A stretch of DNA of 64,000 nucleotides from Aulosira sp. ZfuVER01 (GTDB taxonomy: Bacteria; Cyanobacteriota; Cyanobacteriia; Cyanobacteriales; Nostocaceae): assembly GCA_034530615.2 (NCBI GenBank), contig JAVRCV020000066.1, positions 1-64,000 of the forward strand, in the 5' to 3' direction. Shown here piece by piece: positions 32,544 to 43,300 of the stretch (positions are counted from its first letter, which is position 1; each line of letters begins with the position of its first letter). The position numbers and the translations under genes are program-made. The notes beneath the pieces are model-generated. The model ran no database searches, was not told the DNA's origin, and saw only the letters and a program-made list of their open reading frames with translations.

Positions 32544-33869
32544 ATGCGTGCATTCAGCGCTCTGTGTTTTGTGAGCCTTCAACTAGGCGTTTTCTGGACA
32601 ACAGCGTTTCAAGTTGTTGCTCAACCTCAACCTCTACCTTTTCCAGAAAAACCTTCTGGGTTTCCCTCGCCTCCTGAAGTTGCACCCACGGGTTTAAACA
32701 ACGAAATTTCTCCCCAACTCAACCGCTACGTTTTAGGGCCAGGAGATGCAATTAGCATTGTGGTTCAGCGCCCTCCTGGCCCTTATCGCTTAGGGACAGG
32801 AGATGACATTAGCGTTGTAGTTCAACGCTTTCCAGATTTGAGTTTCCAAGCGACAATTAATCCCGAAGGCAACATCATAGTACCGCTAATCAAAACAGTG
32901 CCGCTACAAGGTTTAACTTTGCTAGAAGCACAAGAAAAAATACGCTCGTTACTCAATCGTTACGTAGTCGAACCAGTAGTAGTTTTATCATTAGCAGGGC
33001 AGCGTCCCGATTTAAGCTTTCAAGCCGTGATTAATCCGGAGGGGAATATTTTAGTACCGCAAGTAGGAACAGTATCCCTACAAGGCTTGAGTGTGGAAGA
33101 AGCACAAGAAAAAATTCGTTTAGCTTTAAGTCGCCTGTTAGTAGATCCAATTGTGGCAGTGTCATTGGCAACACCACGACCAGTTCAGGTAACAATTAGT
33201 GGGGAAGTGTTTCGTCCGGGGATTTATCCAATGGCATCGCCTACACCTCGTGTTGGGGATGCTTTGCTGACATCTGGTGGGACGACTATCAACGCAGACC
33301 TAAGACAAGTGCAGGTGCGTAGGCGGTTAGTTGATGGTTCTGTGATTTCCCAAAATATTGACTTGTACACAACATTACAAAATGGCAGTTCAGTACCTAA
33401 TTTCCGGCTACAAGACGGCGATGCGATAATTGTCCCACGTCGTGAAATTGGCACTGATGATGGTTATGACCGCAATCTGATTGCTCGTTCAACTTTAGCC
33501 ATACCACAGATTAGAGTCAGGGTTTTAAACTATGCAGCCGGAGGCATTGCCAATCAAGTTTTACCTAATGGCAGCACATTTATAGATGCATTAGGCGGAA
33601 TCAATCTTGATACTGCTAACCTGCGAGATATTGCTTTAGTACGCTTCGATCCCGAACGAGGTCAAGCTGTTACCCAAAGACTTGATGCGAAAAAAGCTTT
33701 AGGTGGCGATGTGTCTCAAAACGTGCCGCTTCAAGATAATGATGTTATCGTGGTTGGTCGTAACCTGATTGGTAGAATTACCAATGCTCTCAGTACAATT
33801 ACGCAACCATTCTTTAATGTTCAGAGCTTTATTCGCTTCTTTGACTTCTTTACAGGCGGATCGAAGTAG
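32544..33869 (+). CDS. Polysaccharide export protein (Wza/OPX family, SLBB domains)
   Basis: Y.LG.GD and INPEGNI (duplicated), GEV.RPG.Y, LQDGD. Confidence 0.88.
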   Translation: MRAFSALCFVSLQLGVFWTTAFQVVAQPQPLPFPEKPSGFPSPPEVAPTGLNNEISPQLNRYVLGPGDAISIVVQRPPGPYRLGTGDDISVVVQRFPDLSFQATINPEGNIIVPLIKTVPLQGLTLLEAQEKIRSLLNRYVVEPVVVLSLAGQRPDLSFQAVINPEGNILVPQVGTVSLQGLSVEEAQEKIRLALSRLLVDPIVAVSLATPRPVQVTISGEVFRPGIYPMASPTPRVGDALLTSGGTTINADLRQVQVRRRLVDGSVISQNIDLYTTLQNGSSVPNFRLQDGDAIIVPRREIGTDDGYDRNLIARSTLAIPQIRVRVLNYAAGGIANQVLPNGSTFIDALGGINLDTANLRDIALVRFDPERGQAVTQRLDAKKALGGDVSQNVPLQDNDVIVVGRNLIGRITNALSTITQPFFNVQSFIRFFDFFTGGSK

Positions 33870-33884
33870 TGGGGATATGTGGGG

Positions 33885-33960
33885 GATGGGGGAGACAAGG
33901 AGGACAAGGAGGATAAGGGGGACAAGGGGGAAATAACTAATACCAAATGACCAATGACCG
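33885..33960. repeat. Short tandem repeats (GGGGACAAG-like 9-mer, AATGACC heptamer)
   Basis: Visible tandem units between the wza-like and wzc-like genes. Confidence 0.7.
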
Positions 33961-34052
33961 AAAACGAAATGGATTGAACCACGTAAATTTATTTATGAGG
34001 GTCATTAATTTTGAATTTTAAATTTTGAATTTTGAATTCGGAGCGCAGCGAC

Positions 34053-36227
34053 GTGACCCCACCAATTGTTAAACGCTATATTATTGCCTTTGAAAAGTAT
34101 AAATTGATTGGATTGGCCAGTTTTGTCTTAGTTGTAGCTGGTTCAACAGTGGTGGCGTTACAACCAGATCCACCAGCTAGCTATGTAGCCAATGCTGCGC
34201 TTACCTACAATCGTCCGCCAGTGTCATTCTCGGTAACTGGTAGTGAAATCCAACAACAAGGGCAGGAATTGAATGAACAAGTTTTGCTATCAGATCAGTT
34301 GATCGAAGCTGTGTCAGCAAAAGTCAACGTTAAACCTAAAAAACTTGGTGCAAGTGTTGCTCTTTCTATACCTAAGAAAAATTCTCGGACTGGACAATTA
34401 GATTCCACGATCATAGAAATTAAATATAAAGATAGTGATTCCAAGCGAGCTGTAGAGGTTTTGCAGGCATTAATGCAAGCAATGGTCAAGCTCAGTGGTG
34501 ATATTAATACAGGGCGATTAAAAGCAATTATTTCCAAAATTAATGAACGTGTACCACAGACTAAGTTAGAACTGCAAGCGGCAGAGAGGAGGCTAGAACA
34601 GTACGATCGCAGAGAACGACCTGCAATATTAGCATCGGAAAATGGGAGTTTACTGACTGCGGTGACTAGCAGTCAAACTCAGCAACGTCAAATTAAACTC
34701 ACTATCGCTGGTATTAATGCCCAAATTCGCAGTTTGCAAGATAAGTTAGGATTAAATGTCGGTCAAGCTTACGTTTCTTCGGCTTTGAGTGCCGATCCGA
34801 TTCTAGCTAACTTGCGATCGCAAATTTATCAAATTGAGTCACAAATTGCTGTTCTTCGCAGAGATTTGCGACCAGAACACCCGACAATGATTCAGTTGCA
34901 GCGTCAGAAACAAGCGGCTGAAGAATTACTGCAACAACGGGCGGCGGAAGTAGTAGGTGGTGGAGGTACAGCAGCACCTCTGACTGGTAATGTTTCTAAT
35001 ATTCGTGCCCAAAGTAACTTAGATCCAGCACGCCAAGAATTGGCAAACCAGATGGTGGCTTTGCAAACTCAAAGGGAGACGCTACAACAACAATTAACTC
35101 AACAAGTTCAAGAAGAAGCACGATTGCGGCAGGTATATTCTTTAATACCTAACAAACAATTAGAGCGATCGCGTTTAGAACAAGAGGTAGCTCTGAAAAA
35201 AGCTATCTACGATAAAATGCAGGCGAAGCTAGCCGATGCGAAAACCGCAGAAGCAGAAACTGTCACTAGCCTCAGTATTGCTAGACCACCGACCGTACTT
35301 GCTGATACCGTCAAACCTAAAAGTATACCTGTGACATTGGCTGTTGGTGGCTTTATGGGATTAGCGATCGGTGGTGGCGTCATCTTCTTGTTGGGTTCGC
35401 TAGAAGGAACTTTCAAAACCAGAGAGGATATCCGCGAAAGCCTGAAGCAGCGAGAAGTCGCACGGCTAGGAGAAATACCTTTAATGCCAACTGATGATTT
35501 GGAGCCAGAAGCTATACCAGTTATAGTTTCCCCGGATTCTCCTTATTTAGAATTTTATGAGAAGTTCCGCAGTAATATGCGGCGGATAGGCGGTAAAAAT
35601 CTCAAAGTAGTTTTGATTACTAGCGTGAGTAACTCTGAGGGTAAGACTACAAGTGCTTATAACTTAGGCATAGCTTCTGCCCGTGCTGGTAAAAGAACAT
35701 TGATTATTGAAACAGATTTGCGATCGCCTTCTGGTTGTTCATCCTTAAAAGTTAATGCCGATCCAGATGCGAATATTGAACCTCTGCGCTATTATGCCAG
35801 CCTCAGTGAATGTATTCGCTTAGTTCCTGAGGTAGAAAATTTATATATTCTTCCTAGCCCCGGCCCTTTACGACAATCTGCTGCAATCCTTGAGTCTAGT
35901 GAAATGCGACGGCTCATGGAGGATGTTCGAGAGCGCTACGATCTAGTAATTTTAGATACTAGTCCACTGAGCTTATCTAATGACCCTCTGTTAATTCAAC
36001 CCTACAGTGACGGCATGATAATTGTGGCGCGACCAAACTATACCCAAGAAAATATGTTAGGTGAAGCGATCGATCAATTAGTCGAATCGGAACTGGGGCT
36101 TTTAGGGGCTGTGATTAATGGTGCTGATATCATAGTCTCTGTGCCTCAGTCGATTGACAAATCACCCGCCGCTTCACCGCAAGAAAAATCAGACGCAGAA
36201 GTTTCAATAGGTGCTAATAATAACTGA
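34053..36227 (+). CDS. Polysaccharide co-polymerase / BY-kinase-like protein (Wzc/GumC family)
   Basis: Two TM segments, coiled-coil periplasmic region, HP..I.L, EGKTT Walker A, DLR.P, ILDTSP; GTG 34053 with GGAG upstream. Confidence 0.88.
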   Translation: MTPPIVKRYIIAFEKYKLIGLASFVLVVAGSTVVALQPDPPASYVANAALTYNRPPVSFSVTGSEIQQQGQELNEQVLLSDQLIEAVSAKVNVKPKKLGASVALSIPKKNSRTGQLDSTIIEIKYKDSDSKRAVEVLQALMQAMVKLSGDINTGRLKAIISKINERVPQTKLELQAAERRLEQYDRRERPAILASENGSLLTAVTSSQTQQRQIKLTIAGINAQIRSLQDKLGLNVGQAYVSSALSADPILANLRSQIYQIESQIAVLRRDLRPEHPTMIQLQRQKQAAEELLQQRAAEVVGGGGTAAPLTGNVSNIRAQSNLDPARQELANQMVALQTQRETLQQQLTQQVQEEARLRQVYSLIPNKQLERSRLEQEVALKKAIYDKMQAKLADAKTAEAETVTSLSIARPPTVLADTVKPKSIPVTLAVGGFMGLAIGGGVIFLLGSLEGTFKTREDIRESLKQREVARLGEIPLMPTDDLEPEAIPVIVSPDSPYLEFYEKFRSNMRRIGGKNLKVVLITSVSNSEGKTTSAYNLGIASARAGKRTLIIETDLRSPSGCSSLKVNADPDANIEPLRYYASLSECIRLVPEVENLYILPSPGPLRQSAAILESSEMRRLMEDVRERYDLVILDTSPLSLSNDPLLIQPYSDGMIIVARPNYTQENMLGEAIDQLVESELGLLGAVINGADIIVSVPQSIDKSPAASPQEKSDAEVSIGANNN

Positions 36228-36231
36228 TCGG

Positions 36232-36909
36232 TTAATATTCATCGCGCCTAAACAACCCAAATAAGGGAGCAAGAATCAGCCCAAAAACAAAGCCACCAAT
36301 GTGTGCCCAGTAAGCAACGCCACCTGTTTCCACACTCATATTGGCAGCTGTTTGCAGACTAGCAAAACCAGAGAGAAGATTCTGAATCACGAACAGCCCG
36401 ATCAATATCATGGCTGGAACTCGGATTGTAGTGACGAAAAATCCCAAGAAAACTAAGGTCATAACTCTAGCTTGCGGGAACCGGATAATGTACGCACCCA
36501 AAACTCCCGCGATCGCACCACTTGCACCCAAAGAAGGAATAGCAGAATTCATCCCAACAAACCACTGGCATAAAGCAGCTAAAGCACCACAAGCCAAATA
36601 AAAAATCAGATATTTGAGATGACCTAAGCGCTCTTCAATATTGTTACCAAAAATCCAGAGAAAAACCATATTCGAGATTAAATGCCACCAACCACCGTGT
36701 AGGAATTGTGATGTAATTAACGTCGTCCACTCTCCGGCAAAGTTACTAGTTAATTCTCGTGGTACTAATGCATATAGCTGGAAAAATTGCTCTATTTGTG
36801 GGCCACGTAGGCTGACTTCATGAAAAAAAACTAAAATGTTCATCCCAATCAACCCGTAAGTTACATACGGGTTGATTCGCGTTGGATTTTCGTCGTAGAG
36901 AGGAAACAC
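36232..36909 (-). CDS. Rhomboid family intramembrane serine protease
   Basis: FLHGGWWHLISNM, GASG, AHIGG. Confidence 0.93.
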   Translation of the reverse strand: MFPLYDENPTRINPYVTYGLIGMNILVFFHEVSLRGPQIEQFFQLYALVPRELTSNFAGEWTTLITSQFLHGGWWHLISNMVFLWIFGNNIEERLGHLKYLIFYLACGALAALCQWFVGMNSAIPSLGASGAIAGVLGAYIIRFPQARVMTLVFLGFFVTTIRVPAMILIGLFVIQNLLSGFASLQTAANMSVETGGVAYWAHIGGFVFGLILAPLFGLFRRDEY

Positions 36910-37055
36910 AGGTGTTTTTCCTAATCATTGATTAACTGCAATATAGCTTGAGTGGCTAGCAGTTGCGAAGTACAAGGTTGTCATTAGGCATGGGGCATTG
37001 GGCATTGGGCATTGGGCAATAATTATTTCTTTCCTTCCTCTGCTCCCTTGCTCCC

Positions 37056-37778
37056 TCATCCCCAGTTCCTCATTTCTGATTTAGGCTTATCGCTAAACAA
37101 ACCCAACACAGGGCCGAGAATTGCGCCAAAGAGGAATCCGCCTGCATGGGCCCAGTAAGCGATACCACCGCTTTCCATACCGATGTTAGTAGGTGTTTCT
37201 AAACTGGCGACACCGTAGAAAGCTTGTTGGAGAAACCAGAAACCGAGAAAGAAATATGCAGGTACTCGGAAAGTGGGGAAGAAAAACCCTAAAGGTATGA
37301 CACCGAGAATTTCGGCTTGGGGAAAGCGCAGAATGTATGCTCCCATAACACCTGCGATCGCACCACTCGCCCCCAAAGAAGGAATGTTAGAATTCTGGGA
37401 AAAATACCACTGGCTTAATGATGCCAAAACTCCGCAAGATAAGTAGAAAAGCAAATACTTAAAATGACCTAGCTTATCTTCTACATTGTTACCAAAAATC
37501 CAGAGAAACAACATATTGCCAGCTAGGTGCAATAAACCGCCGTGTAAAAATTGTGAGGTAATTAAAGTTGCCCACTCTGGTACAGGTTGATGTACAGATA
37601 CACCAGCAAAGCTTAAAGTGAGTTCTTGCGGAACTACCGCTGCTAAGTGCAAAAACCCATCTAATGCTCGTGGGGGAAGACTGGCTTCATAAATAAAAGC
37701 GAGAACATTTACAGCAATTAGCCCAAAAGTTACATAAGGGGTGATTGATGTGGGATTATTATCTCTAATTGGAACCAC
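37056..37778 (-). CDS. Rhomboid family intramembrane serine protease (tandem paralog)
   Basis: FLHGGLLHLAGNM, GASG, AHAGG. Confidence 0.93.
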   Translation of the reverse strand: MVPIRDNNPTSITPYVTFGLIAVNVLAFIYEASLPPRALDGFLHLAAVVPQELTLSFAGVSVHQPVPEWATLITSQFLHGGLLHLAGNMLFLWIFGNNVEDKLGHFKYLLFYLSCGVLASLSQWYFSQNSNIPSLGASGAIAGVMGAYILRFPQAEILGVIPLGFFFPTFRVPAYFFLGFWFLQQAFYGVASLETPTNIGMESGGIAYWAHAGGFLFGAILGPVLGLFSDKPKSEMRNWG

Positions 37779-38020
37779 AGGCTCTTTTCCTTACATATAA
37801 GCAACTAGCCTCACAATACTGGCTATTACTACTAGTTGCTTCTACCTGGTGGATAGATATTACAAATGATGAATGCTTCTCAAGGATGGGTAGCTCTTGC
37901 CCAAAATTCACTATATTACAGTGTGTTTACTTTGTTACTGGTAGTTCTAATTCAGTAAAATAGTCTGGTTGTACTGCTGTGGGCAAGGGTGCCAGGTAGT
38001 TAGGTATAAGCATTGTCATC

Positions 38021-38614
38021 ATGAACTGGTTAGCCCACTTGTTATTGTCTGAACCAAACGTTGAGAGTCGCTTAGGTAATCTCCTGGCCGATATTGTCAA
38101 GGGAACGGCTCGTCAGGATTTAAACTCTCATATCCAGCGCGGAATTGCTTGTCATCAAGTAATTGACAAGTTTACAGACAATCACATAGTTGTACAACGA
38201 AGTAAAGAGCGCATCAATTCAAGCTACAGAAGATTTGCTGGTGTATTGGTTGATGTATTTTACGATCACTTCCTCGCAAAAAATTGGTCGCAATATTGTT
38301 ACATATCTCTTGATGAGTTTACAGCAGAGATTTATGAATCGTTTCGAGCCTATCAAGGTCATATACCCCCAATAGTCAGGGAAGTAATTTCTCGCGTAGC
38401 TGCTGAAGATTGGTTGGGATCTTACCGCAATGTATCTGGTGTAGAAAATGGTCTGTTTCGGATATCAAGACGTTTATCACGGCGATGCAACAGACATTTT
38501 AGTTTAACTCCAGCTATCAATGAACTCATTACCCACTACGATGCTCTGGAGTATGACTTTCAAGAATTCTTTCCACAATTATTTTTTCATGTGCAGAATT
38601 GGTGTATTTCTTAG
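38021..38614 (+). CDS. ACP phosphodiesterase (AcpH/DUF479 family)
   Basis: MNWLAH, GNLLAD.VKG, H..ID.FTD.H, DVFYDHFLA. Confidence 0.88.
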   Translation: MNWLAHLLLSEPNVESRLGNLLADIVKGTARQDLNSHIQRGIACHQVIDKFTDNHIVVQRSKERINSSYRRFAGVLVDVFYDHFLAKNWSQYCYISLDEFTAEIYESFRAYQGHIPPIVREVISRVAAEDWLGSYRNVSGVENGLFRISRRLSRRCNRHFSLTPAINELITHYDALEYDFQEFFPQLFFHVQNWCIS

Positions 38615-38725
38615 TTGACCCTAATAAATACCCTGCTTTTTCTTGGCGTACTTGGCGGTTAGTTTTTTAATTAAGTCCAAATTCATAGAGAATTGGTATT
38701 AAATGCACATCTGCCAATCAAACTC

Positions 38726-39346
38726 ATGTTTTTTACCAATTCTTTAGAAAATCAACTCCAGCGTTGGAATGACATTATTCGCAATCAGCCACAAAATCCT
38801 AATGCTTATATTCGTCGCGGTATGGTCAACTTCCAACTTGCGAAAATTGATGAATCTATTCAAGATTTTGATACAGCAGAACAACTAGATGCTCGTCTTA
38901 AACCATATCTGTGGCAACGTGGACTATCTTACTATTATGCAGAAAGATTTGCTGAAGGCGCTCAACAGTTCGAGATAGATTTGACAGTTAATGCCCAGGA
39001 TGTAGAAGAAACAGTATGGCGATATCTCTGCATAGCTCGCCTTTCTGGTGTGAAAGAAGCCTCTAATTCACTATTAACTGTGAAAAATGACCCCCGCCGT
39101 ATTATGCGGAGCGTGTATGATTTCTATGCGGGAAATGCCACACCAGATGATGTTTTAAATGTTGGGAAATCAGAAGGAGTAAAAGGTAATTTTTACAGCC
39201 ATCTTTATTTAGGATTATATTATGAAGCTGAAAATAGTCGGGAATTAGCACAGGAATATATAGTTAAAGCTGCTGATAATTATAAAATTGATGATTATAT
39301 GTGGTATCTGGCGCAAGTACATAAAAACCTGCGGAAATGGTCTTAA
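38726..39346 (+). CDS. TPR protein (NlpI-like)
   Basis: AYIRRG, YLWQRGLSYYY, DVEE.VW, HLYLGLY. Confidence 0.75.
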   Translation: MFFTNSLENQLQRWNDIIRNQPQNPNAYIRRGMVNFQLAKIDESIQDFDTAEQLDARLKPYLWQRGLSYYYAERFAEGAQQFEIDLTVNAQDVEETVWRYLCIARLSGVKEASNSLLTVKNDPRRIMRSVYDFYAGNATPDDVLNVGKSEGVKGNFYSHLYLGLYYEAENSRELAQEYIVKAADNYKIDDYMWYLAQVHKNLRKWS

Positions 39347-39469
39347 AATTCGGTTTCAAACTGCACTTGTCGGTACAAATCAGCTTAGTCCTAGCCCGTC
39401 GTAGACATCGCATATCTACTATAGGAATCCGATTTGATTATTGAAAAAATCTAAGTATGGGTAGTATGT

Positions 39470-39547
39470 GTAGGGTGCGTTATCACGAAGTGTAACGCAC
39501 CGCATTCTAGACCTTGGTGCGTTGCGCTACGCGACAACACACCCTAC
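39470..39547. repeat. REP-doublet (GTAG-type) palindromic element
   Basis: GTAGGGTGCGTTA...TAACGCACC and GGTGCGTTG...CAACACACCCTAC; a related half copy lies near 5170-5196. Confidence 0.75.
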
Positions 39548-39678
39548 TGGCGTGTCTAGACTAAAATGTGGTAAATTCCCAATTTTAGTCAACACATACA
39601 ACAATAATTTGTACAGTGCGTAAGTCCTAGCACTAACAAATGCAGCGTTGGTACAAGCTGATTTGGACAACACAACCT

Positions 39679-40080
39679 TTACGGCTGCTGTTGCGGTTTA
39701 AGTTTCTGTTGCAGCCTTAATACATCCATTTGCTGTCTTTGTTGTAGTAGTAATTGGTCTTGTCTAAATTGTCCAAACGGGTGTTGTCTAAAATTTCCAA
39801 AACGCTGTTGTTGTCGTAGTTCATTTTGTTGTCTAAATAGTTCGAGACGCTGTTGTTGTCGCAACATTTGTTCATCTTGCTGCTGTCTAAATTGTTCCCA
39901 TTGTTTTTGAGAACTTGGAGAAGATACTTGTTTGTTTAACTGTTTCTTTTCTGGTTCTAGTTGCTGTTGATTTTGAGGTATTGTCTGAGCTATGTCTGCT
40001 CTTACAGGAGAATAAATCGCTAAATCTATTGTCAGGATAGTAAGTAGTAGCCCTGATTTAACTAAGAATGAATTAGTCAC
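39679..40080 (-). CDS. Secreted Gln-rich hypothetical protein
   Basis: Signal peptide ending VRA, repeated FRQ motifs; GTG start with GGAG 9 nt upstream. Confidence 0.65.
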   Translation of the reverse strand: MTNSFLVKSGLLLTILTIDLAIYSPVRADIAQTIPQNQQQLEPEKKQLNKQVSSPSSQKQWEQFRQQQDEQMLRQQQRLELFRQQNELRQQQRFGNFRQHPFGQFRQDQLLLQQRQQMDVLRLQQKLKPQQQP

Positions 40081-40354
40081 GTCGCTTCGCTCCGAATTTA
40101 AAATTCAAAACTAATGATTGCCACAAATAAATTTAGGAATCAATTGATATTACTGTCCTTGCTTCTCACTATGCTAAGTCTGGCTATATTTTGGCTGAAA
40201 ATTTTTCAAGTTCCACTAAAGCGATCTATATATTATTTTACAAAATCTTCCCTTGATAAACTTCTGACTTCCGGTACAAAAACTTAACTTTGTTGACGTT
40301 GGGAATGTACTGAGAATACGGTGAAGTTAATTGTAGAGTCTACTGCTGCTAGCC

Positions 40355-43300
40355 ATGCCCCTGACATTTACCTTCGCCCTGAGTCAACAGCAAACCTTTG
40401 AACTGCGCTGTAATTATGGTTCACGTCGCTTGGATAAACCGGAGTTAGCAGCACTGATTGATTTATCGGAGCAAAATTACTACACTCAACAAACAGACCG
40501 CTTACCTTATCTCACTCAGTTAGGACGGCAGCTTTATCAATGGCTGGATGGGAAGGAAGGATGGCTGAGAAGGGCGCTGGATGAGGCGGATGAGCAAACG
40601 ATTTATTTAGATTTGATTCAAACTAGTGAAGCGCAGGGGTTAAACGCAGATACCGAACGGGTGGCGTTGGGATTGGCGCATTTACCTTGGGAATTGCTAC
40701 ATGATGGTAATGGGTTTTTAATTGAACGCCGGGATATTTCCGTATTACCTGTGCGTGCTGTGCAGCAGCGTCAAACTCAAGTAATTGGCGTGCAAAATCG
40801 CCCGTTGCGGTTGCTGTTTATGGCGACTTCTCCCGAAGATCCGCGAGTTCCGCCGTTAAAATTTGAGCAAGAAGAAGCGAATATTTTACAAGCAACCAAG
40901 GATCAGCCTTTGGCGTTGATTGTTGAGGAAAGTGGCTCGGTTGCAGAGTTAGCCAATTTAGTGAAATCATATCCAGAAGATTATTTTGATGTTTTTCACC
41001 TCACGGGACACGGGATAATTTATACCCAAAAAGACTACGGCTTTTTGCTACCAAAAGGAGAAAGCCTACCAGATAATACTCCCTGCTTTATCACTGAAGA
41101 TGAGGTGGGGAATTTGCAACTTACCACCGTCAATGACTTAGCTAAAGCCTTTCGCGGACGCTGGCCGCGTGTAACTTTTCTTTCTGGCTGTCATACGGGA
41201 CAGGTTCCTAACAAAGGGACAGTACCCTCAATGGCGCAGGCGTTGGTGAAAGCGGGCGCGGGTATGGTTTTAGGCTGGGCGCGTCCGGTGTTCGATAATA
41301 CGGGTATTGTAGCGGCACAGGCACTTTATCAAGCTTTGGCGACGGGGGCGACTGTGGAAGCTGCTGTGAAAGCGGCGCAGCAGGAGATGATTGACAAAGA
41401 ACGCACGGACTGGCATTTGTTGCGGGTGTATCGGGATACGCGAGAGATTGCCGAACTGGTGACACCACTGAGAACACCAAAGCGCGAAAAGCTGAAGTTT
41501 ACAGTTCCAGAGCAAGAATTCCTCGATGAGCATAATCAAGTTAAAGTTGCCAGTCGGTTGGAATTTGTGGGACGCAGGCGACCTTTGCAACGGTGTCTGC
41601 GGGCGTTGCGGGAAACTAGCGAGCAAATCGGCGTATTTATTGCGGGGATGGGGGGACTGGGGAAAAGTACTCTGGCGGCGCGGTTATGTACGCGGGTTGA
41701 GGCGCAGCGTCCCAACTTTGCGCGGGTGGTGTTGATTGGCGTTTTGGATGAAAGCGGTTTGCTGAATAAGCTTTCTAGTAAGTTTGAACGGTTTGCTGAT
41801 GTTCCCGCACTGTTGAATAAACCAAAGGTAACACTCAAAGGGCGGTTGCAAAACTTTTTTGCGGCGATTGAACAAGAACACAATCAACCTTTGCTGCTGG
41901 TACTGGATGATTTTGAGCAAAATATCCCCAAAGCTAATATTGAGGATGGCTCATTGCGGATGACGGCACAAACTTATGAGATTTTAGAGGCGATTTGTGC
42001 GGCATTGGCAGAGAATGGGGGAGAAAGTCGGCTGATTGTTACCTGTCGCTATTTAAAAGCAGATACCTTACCACCTCATCGCCTGCACTTGGAATCTTTG
42101 GCAGGGATGAGCAGCAGTGATATTGATAAAATTTGCTTTGCTTTAGATAAGGAAGTCAAGCAGCAGTTAAGAACGCAACGGATTCTCAAGATTGCGGATG
42201 GAAATCCCCGCTTGCTGAAGTGGCTTTTGGAGGTGATTCAGCAGCCAGGAATAGCGGCGGATGAATTGCTGAGTCGGTTGGAGGCGACTGAGCAGAAATT
42301 CCGGGAGGATGTTGTGGCGCAAACTCTGCTGGATGCTTTGGATGTGGAGGAGCAAAAGTTTCTCGCGCGGTTGAGTGTGTTTAATTTGCCTGTGACAGAG
42401 GAGATTGTGCGGGCAATTTCTCCCGTCAATGACTTGGCAGTTTTAGGCAAGTTAACCAGCCTTAGCTTAGTTGAATCTGCCACCACTTACCCCAACCAGC
42501 CGGTTAATTACAGGGTGACGACAATATTAGAACCGTTGTTAGAACCAGTGTTGACTGAAGAAGAATGGCAAGCAACTCAAAAGGAAGCGGTGAGGAAAAT
42601 CCATCAAGCTTGGTGGGAGGAGTCTGAGCAAACAACGGAAGCAAAAGCAATGGAAATTGTGCGGTTGGGACTGCTGGCAATAGAACAGGAAATTACTACC
42701 AGAATTGGGGCTGGTATTGCAAGCCATTGGATGAATAATTCTCGGTTTGTGGAAGCTTTTGATTTATGTGAGCAAGTGCTGGCAGTTTTTACGGACTACC
42801 GCATCTTGGGAACAGTCGCCCATGCAGAAAAGGTTTTGGGTTTGGTGCAAGAGGCTGTGACCCATTATCAAAAAGCCTTAGACCTCTGTCCGGAAGACGA
42901 CTTCCAAGAAAAAGCCAGTATCCTCAACAATATGGCAGGAGTATTCGCCCACCAAGGGGAAATCCCAAAAGCGATGACACTTTGGGAACAATCCTTGGTA
43001 ATATCTCAGCAGATTTATGATGTCGGTGGCAAAGCCAGTATCCTCAACAACATGGCTTCTGTAATCGCCCAACAAGGGGAAATCCCAAAAGCCATAGCAC
43101 TTTGGGAGCAATCTTTGCAAATAAAAGAGCAGATTGGCGATGTTGGTGGTAAAGCTACTGTCTTCAACCACATGGCACAGGTAATTGCCCAACAAGGGGA
43201 CATACCCAAAGCGATGACACTTTGGGAGCAATCCTTGGAAATATCTCAGCAGATTGGTGATGTTCTTGGCAAAGCTACTATCTTCAACAACATGGCATTG

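Noticed and set aside
38021..38614. AcpH as a dedicated NRPS carrier-editing enzyme
   Set aside because: It lies nearly 6 kb from the first NRPS with unrelated genes between; only proximity supports the link
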